DNA from: Ignavibacteriales bacterium
GTDB taxonomy: Bacteria > Bacteroidota > Ignavibacteria > UBA10030 > UBA6906
Reading direction: 5' to 3'
Assembly: GCA_037441705.1 (NCBI GenBank)
Contig: JBBIRR010000022.1
Location: 1-64,000, forward strand
Length of the DNA: 64,000 bases
Under the pieces are notes generated by a model. That model did not search any database and was not told the origin of the DNA. It saw only the letters and a list, made by a program, of their open reading frames with translations. Position numbers and translations under genes: made by a program. Positions 30,243-39,984 of this stretch are shown here, piece by piece. Numbering within the stretch: the first letter of the stretch is position 1; each line of letters opens with the position of its first letter.

Positions 30243-32060
30243 CTATTTGCAGCCGATGCGTTCCATAGCCTTCTTCGCATCCTCGAGCTTCGGGTCGAGT
30301 TTCAAGGCCTTCCTGAATTCCGCGCATGCCTCCTCGTTCAGCTCTCGGTTCCTCTGCGTGTCTCCCTCGATGCGTAGATACAGGAGACTGTTGCCGAGCC
30401 AGAAATGTGCCTGTGCGTTGTTGGCGTCGAGCTGGATGGCGCGGCGGAATTTCACGATGGCCTCCTCGGTTCTCTTTCTGTTCTCGTCCGCATCCTCGCC
30501 GCGGGTGAGGATCAGGCATTGTCCGACGGCGAGTTGCAACCCGCTGCTCTCGCCATAGGTGAGCGCCTTGCGGAAATTGTCGAGTGCCGCAGCATAATTC
30601 TTCTGACCAAAGTAGTACGACCCTAACTGAATGTACGCTTCGTTCAGCGCGCTCTTGTTTTTCACCGGGTCTTCGCTGCCCAGCCGAATCACGTCGTCGT
30701 ACGTCTGTTTCATGGCGGCAACGGAGTCCACCTCTGCGTAATAGCGCGCGAGCCACAGGAGGGCGGAGAAGAAATCGGGCTTCAGCTCAATGGCTTTGAG
30801 GAACAACTCGCGGGCCCGCGGCAGGTTCTTGGGCGGCTGCATGTAGCTGATGCCCGCATTGACGTAAGACGTCAGCGACTTCGGATCGCATGCAATCTTT
30901 TTCTCGAACATGCGTGCGGCCGTCGCGTAGTCTCTCTGCTCCATATACAAACTGCCGAGATTGAAGTACGGGTCGCAGTTTGTCGAGTCGGCTGCAACAG
31001 CCTTCAACAGGATTTCCATTGCCTTCTGCTTTTCGCCGGCGCTGTAGAGTGCCCTGCCGAAATAGGAGTAGTCCTCCGGTTTCATCGCCTTGCGGCGTTC
31101 GAGAGCGGCAAAGGCAGCGAGTGCTTCTTTATACTCTCGGTTTTCCGTTAACGCATAGGCGTAGGCCCGCCAGTTTTCGACGTTCGTCGAGTCCAGCTTT
31201 ACCGCAGCGCCGGCAGCTTTCGCCGCTTCGCCCCACAACTCGGCACCCGCGAGCGTCTGGGCGTAAATGGATGCCGCTTCGACGTGGTTCGGCTTGAGAA
31301 GAACCGCCCGATACAGATACGGGGCGGCGCGTCGATACTGCTTGGCGCGAAAGAGAATCTTGCCTGCTTCGAAATAGCCGTCGAAATTGGTCGAATCAAT
31401 CTTCACAGCCGATTCAAACGCCGCAACGGCTTCGTTGTACTGCCGGTTCTTCACGTAGGCACGGGCAACCTTCAATTGCGTTTCGAGGTCCTTCGGCGAA
31501 AGTTCCAGTGCCTTCTCGTAGTTGGCGTTGGCCAGAGGAATTACGCCCTGCTTGTAGTAGGCGTCGCCGAGCGATACATACACAGCAGGATTGTTGGGGT
31601 CACATTCCTTGGCGCGCGTGAGCTGCACAATGGCTCCTTCGGGCCCATCGAGCTGATTCAGTTCCACCAGCGCCGCACCATAGCTTGCCGGTACGCGGCA
31701 ATCCTTGGGTGCCACTTTCGCCGCGCGCTTGTATTGTGCAACAGCATTGGCGGCATCTCCTTTCATGCTGTAGGCATCCCCCAGGGCAATCAACGCGTCA
31801 ACATACTCATCGTTGATCTTGACTGCCGTTGAGAGAAACTGAACGGCATCATCATAGCGTCCCTGATTGAATGCGATGACACCGAGGAAGTAGTTGCTTT
31901 CGCTCGGCTTCTGCCCCGCCTTCAACGCATCTTGAAAACCGGCGATCGCCCGCGCGGTGTCCTTTGCCGCCAGCGAACCCTTTGCCTTGTTAAACAAATC
32001 CTGCGCGTCAGCCACATGCACAATACAAGAAACAAGAAGAACAAGCGTTGCGGACTTCAT
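30243..32060 (-). CDS. Exported tetratricopeptide-repeat protein
   Basis: Signal peptide and about 14 TPR-like 34-aa repeats. Confidence 0.85.
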   Translation of the reverse strand: MKSATLVLLVSCIVHVADAQDLFNKAKGSLAAKDTARAIAGFQDALKAGQKPSESNYFLGVIAFNQGRYDDAVQFLSTAVKINDEYVDALIALGDAYSMKGDAANAVAQYKRAAKVAPKDCRVPASYGAALVELNQLDGPEGAIVQLTRAKECDPNNPAVYVSLGDAYYKQGVIPLANANYEKALELSPKDLETQLKVARAYVKNRQYNEAVAAFESAVKIDSTNFDGYFEAGKILFRAKQYRRAAPYLYRAVLLKPNHVEAASIYAQTLAGAELWGEAAKAAGAAVKLDSTNVENWRAYAYALTENREYKEALAAFAALERRKAMKPEDYSYFGRALYSAGEKQKAMEILLKAVAADSTNCDPYFNLGSLYMEQRDYATAARMFEKKIACDPKSLTSYVNAGISYMQPPKNLPRARELFLKAIELKPDFFSALLWLARYYAEVDSVAAMKQTYDDVIRLGSEDPVKNKSALNEAYIQLGSYYFGQKNYAAALDNFRKALTYGESSGLQLAVGQCLILTRGEDADENRKRTEEAIVKFRRAIQLDANNAQAHFWLGNSLLYLRIEGDTQRNRELNEEACAEFRKALKLDPKLEDAKKAMERIGCK

Positions 32061-32061
32061 G

Positions 32062-32985
32062 CTATTGTACCTGTTTGGATGTTGTTTCAACTAAACGAAC
32101 CGGCATTGTTGCAGGAACAAGGCCATGATTCAAGAACAGCTGTTGACCGAATCTCGAGGTGATATAGGTAATGAAACCCGCGGCAAGCGAGTAGCCATGC
32201 TCGCGGCTATAGACGTACACCGGACGTGTAATCGGATAGTACTCACGGTAAATATGTGCTTGCAACGGAAGATAATATCGTCCGTATGGCTCGGTGGAGT
32301 CGGGACGGCTCCCGGGTTGCCCGAGCGAGAACACCGTCAGTGTCTCTTCGCGGCCGCGCAGCCAGTTCACTCCCACAATGCCGATGGCATTGGGGTTGCG
32401 CTGCACATAGCGGATGAGACTATCGCTGGTTGGAAATTTCTCGGCGGTGAGCGTAAAGGGCTTCCCCTTCAGGATTTTTGTCCTGAACACTTCATTCGTG
32501 CTGGAGTTGATATCCGCAATTGCCACATCGATCAGCTTGCCTTTGCCGTCCCATCGCGTCAGCGTGCCGGAGAAGATGCTGTCCAGCTCGCTGATGCGCA
32601 GTTGCTTTCGGGGATTGTTCTTATGTCCGATCACGGCCACCGCATCCAGCGCGCACTTGAAGCCTTTCCACTCAAGCTCGGGATACTTCTTCAAGACTGC
32701 GCTCTCTTCCTCATTGAACTCCCGCGCCGTAGCGATCACGCGAACACTGTCGTTGATGAAATCGGCAATGGCCGCTCTCGCTTCGACGGGATCGATCTGG
32801 ATGTGCGCTTCCGTGTATGATCGCTGGAAGCTATCGGCGATTTCCTTGAACACGATGCTCACCGATTCATCCACTTCCATACGCAGCGAGCCGCTGGTGG
32901 TCGAGACGGGCTTTCGGTCGTAGCACCCGACGAGCACAAGTGCGAGCATCGCCGTTACCGGCAGAAGTGGTTCAATCCTGCTCAC
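32062..32985 (-). CDS. PstS-like substrate-binding lipoprotein
   Basis: Lipobox LVGC; ALDAVAVIGHKNNP...IFSG...NAIGIVG...YPITRPVY periplasmic-binding-protein pattern. Confidence 0.8.
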   Translation of the reverse strand: MSRIEPLLPVTAMLALVLVGCYDRKPVSTTSGSLRMEVDESVSIVFKEIADSFQRSYTEAHIQIDPVEARAAIADFINDSVRVIATAREFNEEESAVLKKYPELEWKGFKCALDAVAVIGHKNNPRKQLRISELDSIFSGTLTRWDGKGKLIDVAIADINSSTNEVFRTKILKGKPFTLTAEKFPTSDSLIRYVQRNPNAIGIVGVNWLRGREETLTVFSLGQPGSRPDSTEPYGRYYLPLQAHIYREYYPITRPVYVYSREHGYSLAAGFITYITSRFGQQLFLNHGLVPATMPVRLVETTSKQVQ

Positions 32986-33196
32986 GCCGTGTCACTCCCT
33001 TCTGCCGGAAGTAGGTGATCGCAAATCTGTACGCACCGTAAAGGAAGACCACCGCACCCATGATGAGGCGATAGTCTTCCGGGAAATACCGCGGCACCAG
33101 GTATCCGATCATCACCAGCACTCCTACCACCATCGCTGCGGCCGAAACCGCGAGCACACTGTACCTCAGCACCGAGACGAAGTCCATGGGCGTCAT
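32972..33196 (-). CDS. Small two-TM membrane protein
   Basis: Two hydrophobic helices and LYGAYR; lies within the operon. Confidence 0.55.
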   Translation of the reverse strand: MTPMDFVSVLRYSVLAVSAAAMVVGVLVMIGYLVPRYFPEDYRLIMGAVVFLYGAYRFAITYFRQKGVTRREQD

Positions 33197-33213
33197 CCCG
33201 CCACGATGCGCGG

Positions 33214-33975
33214 CTACTTCCGATCGGCTAACTTGAAGCGGAAGGGCACCGACACCCACACGGCAACCGGACCATTATTCATGTACGCCGGAGTGAACAA
33301 GAATTGCTTCGCCGCTTCTACCGCCGCCTGCTCAAAGATCTCGGCGTCGCTCTTGATCACGACCACCTGCTTTGGTTTTCCTTCTTTGTCAACCCAGATC
33401 TTGACCCACACTTTGCCTTCCAATCCGGCACGCATGGCAAGCTCGGGATATTTGGGTTCCACCTTGCGCACAACAACCGGTTCCTTTTCAACAGCCACAA
33501 AGTCGGGCGGCGGACCTTCGTCCTCGATCTTGATGTCCTGCTGAATCTGCACGCCGCCCCCTTCGCCAACGCCCTCACCAATCGGTGCGGCAATCTGGCT
33601 CATTTCCGTCTGCGTTGCGATGGTTTGTTCGGGACTTGCTTCCGCGTCGGGTACGGGTACCGGGGCGCCTACCGTCGGCTTGGCCACCGGCGCGCTCACC
33701 GCCACGGGCGGCGGAACGTTGGTGTTGGTAATTGATGGCGGCGGCCCGAGGTCGCTGTACTTCAAGATGCGTACGTTGATCACCGGTGGCTCTTCTTCCT
33801 GCAGCACTTGCGCAAGATAGTATGAGCCGAACCCCAACGCGTGAAGCGCGACGGCGATCATAAAGCCGCGGAACCAGTACTTCTGATAGACGGCCTTCAA
33901 CTCGACGGCCCCGTACTTCGGTGCTGCGACCGTACTGCCCATCCCGCCCGCACCTGCCATGGAAAGATTTGCCAT
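33214..33975 (-). CDS. tonB: Energy transducer TonB
   Basis: N-terminal TM with His, Pro-rich linker, YPELAMRAGLEGKV...F TonB_C domain. Confidence 0.9.
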   Translation of the reverse strand: MANLSMAGAGGMGSTVAAPKYGAVELKAVYQKYWFRGFMIAVALHALGFGSYYLAQVLQEEEPPVINVRILKYSDLGPPPSITNTNVPPPVAVSAPVAKPTVGAPVPVPDAEASPEQTIATQTEMSQIAAPIGEGVGEGGGVQIQQDIKIEDEGPPPDFVAVEKEPVVVRKVEPKYPELAMRAGLEGKVWVKIWVDKEGKPKQVVVIKSDAEIFEQAAVEAAKQFLFTPAYMNNGPVAVWVSVPFRFKLADRK

Positions 33976-33998
33976 TGCTTCTCCCTCCTAAGAGTGAC

Positions 33999-34499
33999 TT
34001 ACGATTTGATATTGGCAAGCAGCTTCTGATCCTGCTCCGTCATCCGCGCGATGCTGAACCGCTGCATGTCCGCAAGGTTCAGTTCGTCCATGATGTTCAC
34101 CATCACTTCGTACTTGGCCTTCGGGTCGATCTTGACCAGCGTGACCAGACGCGGGTTACCCTGCAGGCGCTCGCGAATGAAGCCGCGCAGCTTGTCGAAC
34201 TCAATCCGCTGCGGGGCATCCAGGCCTAAGTTCCAGAACACCTCCCCCTTTTCATTGACACGCAGCGTCATCAGGTTCGATTCGGCAATCTCCACCTTCA
34301 CGTTTTCATCGGGTGGAAGGTTGATCTCCATTGTCTGGGGACGCGCCATCGACGTCGTCAGCATGAAGAACGTAAGCAGCAAGAATGCTACGTCCACCAG
34401 CGGCGTCATGTCGATGCGAATGCCAAGGCGCTTGCTTTTTCTGCGCTTCTTCTTGCCGTGACTTCTTGGTTGTGGGGCTTCTCCCCCTACACCTGCCAT
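33999..34499 (-). CDS. exbD: ExbD/TolR family protein
   Basis: IDMTPLVDVAFLLLTFFM motif. Confidence 0.9.
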   Translation of the reverse strand: MAGVGGEAPQPRSHGKKKRRKSKRLGIRIDMTPLVDVAFLLLTFFMLTTSMARPQTMEINLPPDENVKVEIAESNLMTLRVNEKGEVFWNLGLDAPQRIEFDKLRGFIRERLQGNPRLVTLVKIDPKAKYEVMVNIMDELNLADMQRFSIARMTEQDQKLLANIKS

Positions 34500-34515
34500 A
34501 GGATCCTCCTTTGAC

Positions 34516-34977
34516 CTAACGTTCCAGATTCGTCACGAGGTTGAACCTCGTGATTTTCGTCTTCTGAAGAATGTCCATCACGTCCTGCGCCACGCCGTAG
34601 TCCGCATCCTTGTCTCCTTTGATCACGGTGCGGAGCTTGGGGTTCATCGTGCGGGCCTGGATCAACATCTCGGCAAGGTTCGCCTTCGGAACCTCGATGC
34701 CGGCCTTGAGTTGATTCTCCGCTCCGAACAGACGTGCACGCAGCCGTTGCGAATCCAGGCCGAGGAAGATCCGTCCATCCTTGGAAATGCTCAGCGTCAT
34801 CACGTCCGATTCGGGCAACTTGAATTCGGAATGCGACGACGGCAGGACGATCTGAACTTCTTCCGCCGGCTTGAATTGTGTCGTCAACATGAAAAACGTC
34901 AGCAACAGGAACGCCACGTCCACCAGCGGCGTCATGTCGATCAGAATTCCATGTCGTTTGGGTTTGATTTTTGGCAT
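34516..34977 (-). CDS. exbD: ExbD/TolR family protein
   Basis: IDMTPLVDVAFLLLTFFM and IKGDKDADYG motifs. Confidence 0.9.
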   Translation of the reverse strand: MPKIKPKRHGILIDMTPLVDVAFLLLTFFMLTTQFKPAEEVQIVLPSSHSEFKLPESDVMTLSISKDGRIFLGLDSQRLRARLFGAENQLKAGIEVPKANLAEMLIQARTMNPKLRTVIKGDKDADYGVAQDVMDILQKTKITRFNLVTNLER

Positions 34978-35004
34978 ACCCGCTCCTTGCGATGAGTCGA
35001 GTGC

Positions 35005-35781
35005 TTACTTGGTCTTTGCGCTGAGAATCTCGGCGACGTTATAGCTCGCTTCGTCGATCATATACGTGAAGTTATCGACGCGCGTCACGAAGAAGTTGTA
35101 GAAGATGATACCGACGATGGCGGCAAACAGACCGAGCGCCGTATTGATGAGCGCCTCGGAGATACCGATCGAGAGCTGAATCGCATCCGGTGCGCCGGCA
35201 TGAGCCAATGCCTGGAACGCGCGAATCATGCCGATGGTGGTGCCGAGCAGGCCGAACATCGTCGCCGTCGAAGCAATGGTCGAGAGGGCAATCAGGTTGC
35301 GCTCGAGCAGCGGCGTTTCAAGAGCGGTCGCCTCTTCGATGGCGCGCTTGGTCTCGGCCATCTTCTTCTCGCCGTCCATCGAGTTGTCGTTCAGGACTTC
35401 CTTGTATCGCATCAAGCCTGAGCGGATGATGTTGGCCGCCGAGCCGCGCTGCGCATCGCATTCCTTGATCGCGTCGTCCACTTTCCCTCCCATCAACGCG
35501 CCCTGTACCTTCTTCAGAAACGCGGGCAGCGATCCTCGCCCCTGTGCCTTGCGCAATGAGAATGTTCGCTCGAACACGATCGTGATATTCATCAGCGTAA
35601 GCGTAATCAGCACCGGCACCACGGGGCCTCCGGTATAAACCGTCCCGAGAAGATTGAGCGGCTGCTGGCGTGTCTCCCCATCCTTGAAGTTGGCGGGATT
35701 ACCCAGCACGAACAAATAGATGCCCAGCGCCACCGAAAAGGTGATCACCAGAACTACCGTAAGAAAGACGGACTGTTTCAT
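35005..35781 (-). CDS. exbB: MotA/TolQ/ExbB proton channel
   Basis: GLLGTTIGMI...GISEALINTALG motifs. Confidence 0.92.
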   Translation of the reverse strand: MKQSVFLTVVLVITFSVALGIYLFVLGNPANFKDGETRQQPLNLLGTVYTGGPVVPVLITLTLMNITIVFERTFSLRKAQGRGSLPAFLKKVQGALMGGKVDDAIKECDAQRGSAANIIRSGLMRYKEVLNDNSMDGEKKMAETKRAIEEATALETPLLERNLIALSTIASTATMFGLLGTTIGMIRAFQALAHAGAPDAIQLSIGISEALINTALGLFAAIVGIIFYNFFVTRVDNFTYMIDEASYNVAEILSAKTK

Positions 35782-35840
35782 TGAGGGAACTCCTCCTTGT
35801 TGTTAATGATAATGATGACTGAAAAGTAAATGGTTGTGCT

Positions 35841-36191
35841 CTATTCTTCGGAAAACGCCTTCACCGCATCGTCCTTCGTTTCACACACATCAAACACCAT
35901 GGTCAGTTTCGTAATGACGAAGATGTTGTTGATGTTGTTGTTGATGCCACACAGTTTTACCTTGCCTTTATTGCGCGTGTAGGTCGTGTGCGCCTGGACG
36001 AGCACCCCGATGGCGGTACTGTTGAGGTAAGTGACTTTGCTCAGGTCAATAATCAGCTTCTTGTTGCCCTGCTCCACGAAATCCGCGATGGCACTACGCA
36101 ACTCGTCGGTCTCTTCGCCGCCGACGAGCGATCCCTTCACCTCAATCACCCCGATCTTACCGCTTTGCAGTGTGGTGGTTTTAACAGACAT
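35841..36191 (-). CDS. STAS domain protein (anti-sigma factor antagonist type)
   Basis: IIDLSKVTYLNSTAIGVLV...KLCG...IFVITKL. Confidence 0.87.
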   Translation of the reverse strand: MSVKTTTLQSGKIGVIEVKGSLVGGEETDELRSAIADFVEQGNKKLIIDLSKVTYLNSTAIGVLVQAHTTYTRNKGKVKLCGINNNINNIFVITKLTMVFDVCETKDDAVKAFSEE

Positions 36192-36390
36192 GGTTTCTCC
36201 GAAGATCTGAGCGAGACTGGTTGTTAGTTGAGAGTACTTCACTGAAGACACACCGAGGTTCATCGTCGTTCTCTTCTACTCACAGAACAAGTGACCAGCG
36301 GGAGCTTGTTCCATGGGTATGCAGGACGTGGCGGTGATGGTTGGTGCCGACACTACCGCGTCGAAAACGCCCCTGCAGCCACTCGTACTT

Positions 36391-36406
36391 TGCAAACCAG
36401 GTGCCA
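36391..36406 (-). promoter_or_regulatory. Putative sigma54 promoter of the STAS-exbB-exbD-exbD-tonB operon
   Basis: TGGCAC-ctggt-TTGCA, an exact -24/-12 consensus. Confidence 0.6.
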
Positions 36407-36520
36407 TCTCTTCTCCGACCAAAGAAGCTCTTTCTGCTTGATGTGCAGAAGCCCCGGTTTGCAGATTGCACGACGCAGGACACCAACACGCTCTTCACGT
36501 GGGGTAACTCGTTGGCTCTC

Positions 36521-36549
36521 AATATATTAGTCGGTCGTGCAAAATGCAA
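36521..36549 (-). promoter_or_regulatory. Putative upstream sigma70-type promoter
   Basis: TTGCAT-N17-TATATT. Confidence 0.5.
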
Positions 36550-36575
36550 GACAAAATTCTGCTCGGGCAAGCTCG

Positions 36576-36617
36576 AAAAAAGAAGGGATGCAGGCCCCTC
36601 CGTTGACCCGCATCCCC
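36576..36617 (-). terminator. Intrinsic terminator after cusA
   Basis: ggggatgcgggtc...ggcctgcatcccttc stem followed by TTTTTT on the minus strand. Confidence 0.7.
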
Positions 36618-36639
36618 AACATGAACACTTCCTCGTCGG

Positions 36640-39600
36640 CTACTTCATCCAGTGTGCCATCTTTGATAACGTCAAGGTTCCCCTCTTCAATGCCCGCTCT
36701 TTCATGTAGCTGAAGAGAATCGGCGTAACGATGAGAACGTGAATCGTTGACGTGATCAGTCCTCCGATCATCGGCGCAACGAGAGGCTTCATCACATCGG
36801 CGCCAACACCGGTACTCCACATGATGGGAACCAGGCCAATGAGGCTTGTCCCGACGGTCATGATCTTCGGACGAAGGCGCATCACCGAGCCTGCGACGGT
36901 CGCGTCGTAGACGTCCTGTTCTGTCACCGGACCGCGTTCACCCGCGTGGTGTGCGTGTATGCGTCGGTCGAGCGCCTCGTGCAGATACACCACCATCACG
37001 ACGCCGGTTTCCACCGCCAATCCGTACAACGCAATGAATCCAACCCATACAGCGACGGAAAAGTTGTAGCCGAGGAAGAAAATGAGGTAGACTCCGCCGA
37101 TCAACGCAAACGGTACGGAAAGCATCACCACGAATGCTTCGCTGAAATCCTTCGTCACCATGTAGAGCATCACGAAAATGACGAACAAGACGATGGGCAT
37201 AAGAATGGTGAGACGTTCCTTCGCGCGAATCTGATTTTCCCATTGGCCGCTCCATGCAACCGTGTAGCCTTGCGGCAAGGTCAGCTCCTTGCTCAACACC
37301 TCCTTCGCTTCGCTGACGAAACTTCCCATATCTCGCCCGCGGACATTGAGGAAAACGATGGAGCGCAGCTGTCCGTTCTCGCTGGAGATCATCGGAGGTC
37401 CCGGCACCATCTCAATGGTTGCAAGTTGCCCCAACGGGACGTATGTGCGAGATGAGACTTCATTCGTCAGAAATCGAGCTTCGGTCGTGGGGACGAGAGC
37501 GAGCTGCGACCCAGAAATGCGCCGCCTCGAAGTTCCCCAGCCCCCGGAGCCTTCTCCCATTTCTCCGGCATCAGCCATGCCCTTCTCCTCAGAGGCAAGT
37601 TGCGTCATCGCGCTTTTGATACCACCAACCGGAACAAGGAGGTTCTTGAGCGCTTCGAGATTATCCCGCAGCTCGCGCGCATAGCGAACACGAATGGGAA
37701 AGCGCTGCCGCCCTTCGATCACTGTCCCAATATTCTCTCCACCGATCGCCGTCTCTATCACATCCTGCACATCGCCGACGGTCATGCCATAACGCGCGGC
37801 TGCCTCGCGATTGACGGTGATGTCGAGGAACAGTCCGCCCTGCGTGCGCTCGGCATACAGGTCGGCGGCGCCCGGCACCTTACGCAGAATCTGTTCGGCA
37901 CGAATGGCAAGCTTCTCGAGCGTGTCCAGATCAGGACCAAAGAACTTGATTCCCAGGTCTGTGCGCACGCCCGTCGAGAGCATGTTGATGCGATTGATGA
38001 TCGGTTGCGTCCATCCGTTCCGGACACCGGGGATCTGCAGCTTGGCATCGAGTTCCGCAATGATGTCGTCTTTGGTGATGCCGCGGCGCCACTGGGATTT
38101 TGGTTTGAGAAGAATGATGGATTCGATCATGCTCACGGGTGCCGGGTCGGTCGAAGTTTCCGCCTTGCCGGCCTTGCCCAGAACCGTTTCCACCTCGGGT
38201 ACGGACATGATGATGGCGTCCTGCACTTGCATGATGCGGTTGACTTCCGTAATCGACGCGGACGGAAGTGTCACCGGCATGAACAGGAGACTCCCTTCAT
38301 CCAACGGCGGCATGAACTCCGACCCCATCGTCAACATCATCGGAACGGCGATGAGGAGAGCAAGCACGTTCAGTCCTATCGTAAGCACACGATGTTTCAG
38401 CACCCAGCGGATGATGGGGGCGTAGAGACGATTCAGGATTCTGGTCACGGGATTTTGGTTTTCGGTCCGAAACTTCCCGCGCGTCAGCATCGTCATCAGC
38501 ACCGGCACCAGCGTGATAGCAATGATAGCAGAACCGAGCAGCACGAACGTCTTCGTGAACGCTAACGGACGGAACAGCTTCCCCTCCTGTCCTTCCAACA
38601 AAAAGACCGGCAAGAAGGAAACGACCATAATCATCACCGAATAGAAAATTGCCGGTCCAACCTGCTTGGCCGAGAGGATGGAGATCTCGACAAACTCCCG
38701 CGTGGTCAATTCCTGTTTCCGCTCTTGCGCACGGGCGACGTTGCGGTAGGCATTCTCCACCAACACAATCGAGGCGTCCACGATCACGCCAATGGCAAGC
38801 GCTATGCCTCCCAACGACATGATGTTGGAGGTGATGTTGAAGATTTTCATGAAGATAAAAGCAATCAGAACCGCAATCGGGATTTCGATGATGACCCGGA
38901 TGACACTCCGGACGTGGAGCAGGAACAGGAGAACCATCAGACTGACCACGAGGGCCTCTTCCGTCAGTGCACGCTGCAGCGTACCCACGGCCGCCATAAT
39001 GAGATCGCTGCGATCGTATGCCGTCTTGATCACAACTCCGGCGGGAAGGCCGGGCGTGATCTCTTCGATTTTCTTCTTCACGCGATCAATCACATCCTTG
39101 GCGTTTTCGTCGTATCGCATCACCACAATCCCGCCGACCACCTGCCCCTTCCCTTCTTTCTCCAATGCGCCGCGACGAATATCGGCGCCCAACTGAACGG
39201 TGCCGATGTTCTTGACGAGAACCGGCGTCCCATTGGCCCCGTGCCCGACGATGATGTTTTCCACATCGCGCAGCGACTGAATGTACCCGCGGCCTCGAAC
39301 GAAATACTCGGCATCCGAAACCTCCAGCAGCTTCCCGCCGACATCGTTGTTCGAGCGCATGACGGCGCTGCGAACATCGCCAAGCGTGATGCCGTAGCCT
39401 TTCATCTTGTTCGGGTCAACATCAATCTGGTACTGGCGGATGTACCCACCAACCGACGCAACCTCGGCAACGCCCGGCACACCCTGCAGGTTCAGCTTGA
39501 TGTACCAATCCTGAATCGCCCGCAATGTGCCGAGGTCGTACTTGCCCTCGACCGTGTACCAGAAAACGTGGCCCACGCCTGTCCCGTCCGGACCGAGCTG

Positions 39601-39981
39601 CACCTTTGCACCTGTCGGGAGCGATGATTGCACCGTCGCAAGCTTTTCCAACACACGACTGCGCGCCCAGTACAGGTCTGTTCGCTCCTCGAAAATGATG
39701 TAGATGAATGACATGCCGAACATTGATTGCGCACGAATCGCATGGACCTCCGGAACGCCCTGCAGCGCCGTCACCAGAGGAAAGGTGATTTGATCCTCCA
39801 CCAACTTCGGCGAGCGACCCATCCATTCCGTGAAGACGATGACTTGATTCTCCGACAGGTCCGGAATGGCGTCGAGCGGTGTGTTCGCCACGGCCCAGAT
39901 GCCCGCCCCCACAATCAGCAAGTACGCAACGATGATGATGAATCTGTTGCGTGCAGAAAAGTCTATAATCTTTTCTATCAT
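36640..39981 (-). CDS. cusA: CusA/CzcA heavy-metal RND permease
   Basis: DAIPDLSENQV, GSEFMPPLDEG, PMISSENG and MRLRPKIMT motifs. Confidence 0.93.
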   Translation of the reverse strand: MIEKIIDFSARNRFIIIVAYLLIVGAGIWAVANTPLDAIPDLSENQVIVFTEWMGRSPKLVEDQITFPLVTALQGVPEVHAIRAQSMFGMSFIYIIFEERTDLYWARSRVLEKLATVQSSLPTGAKVQLGPDGTGVGHVFWYTVEGKYDLGTLRAIQDWYIKLNLQGVPGVAEVASVGGYIRQYQIDVDPNKMKGYGITLGDVRSAVMRSNNDVGGKLLEVSDAEYFVRGRGYIQSLRDVENIIVGHGANGTPVLVKNIGTVQLGADIRRGALEKEGKGQVVGGIVVMRYDENAKDVIDRVKKKIEEITPGLPAGVVIKTAYDRSDLIMAAVGTLQRALTEEALVVSLMVLLFLLHVRSVIRVIIEIPIAVLIAFIFMKIFNITSNIMSLGGIALAIGVIVDASIVLVENAYRNVARAQERKQELTTREFVEISILSAKQVGPAIFYSVMIMVVSFLPVFLLEGQEGKLFRPLAFTKTFVLLGSAIIAITLVPVLMTMLTRGKFRTENQNPVTRILNRLYAPIIRWVLKHRVLTIGLNVLALLIAVPMMLTMGSEFMPPLDEGSLLFMPVTLPSASITEVNRIMQVQDAIIMSVPEVETVLGKAGKAETSTDPAPVSMIESIILLKPKSQWRRGITKDDIIAELDAKLQIPGVRNGWTQPIINRINMLSTGVRTDLGIKFFGPDLDTLEKLAIRAEQILRKVPGAADLYAERTQGGLFLDITVNREAAARYGMTVGDVQDVIETAIGGENIGTVIEGRQRFPIRVRYARELRDNLEALKNLLVPVGGIKSAMTQLASEEKGMADAGEMGEGSGGWGTSRRRISGSQLALVPTTEARFLTNEVSSRTYVPLGQLATIEMVPGPPMISSENGQLRSIVFLNVRGRDMGSFVSEAKEVLSKELTLPQGYTVAWSGQWENQIRAKERLTILMPIVLFVIFVMLYMVTKDFSEAFVVMLSVPFALIGGVYLIFFLGYNFSVAVWVGFIALYGLAVETGVVMVVYLHEALDRRIHAHHAGERGPVTEQDVYDATVAGSVMRLRPKIMTVGTSLIGLVPIMWSTGVGADVMKPLVAPMIGGLITSTIHVLIVTPILFSYMKERALKRGTLTLSKMAHWMK

Positions 39982-39984
39982 GGC

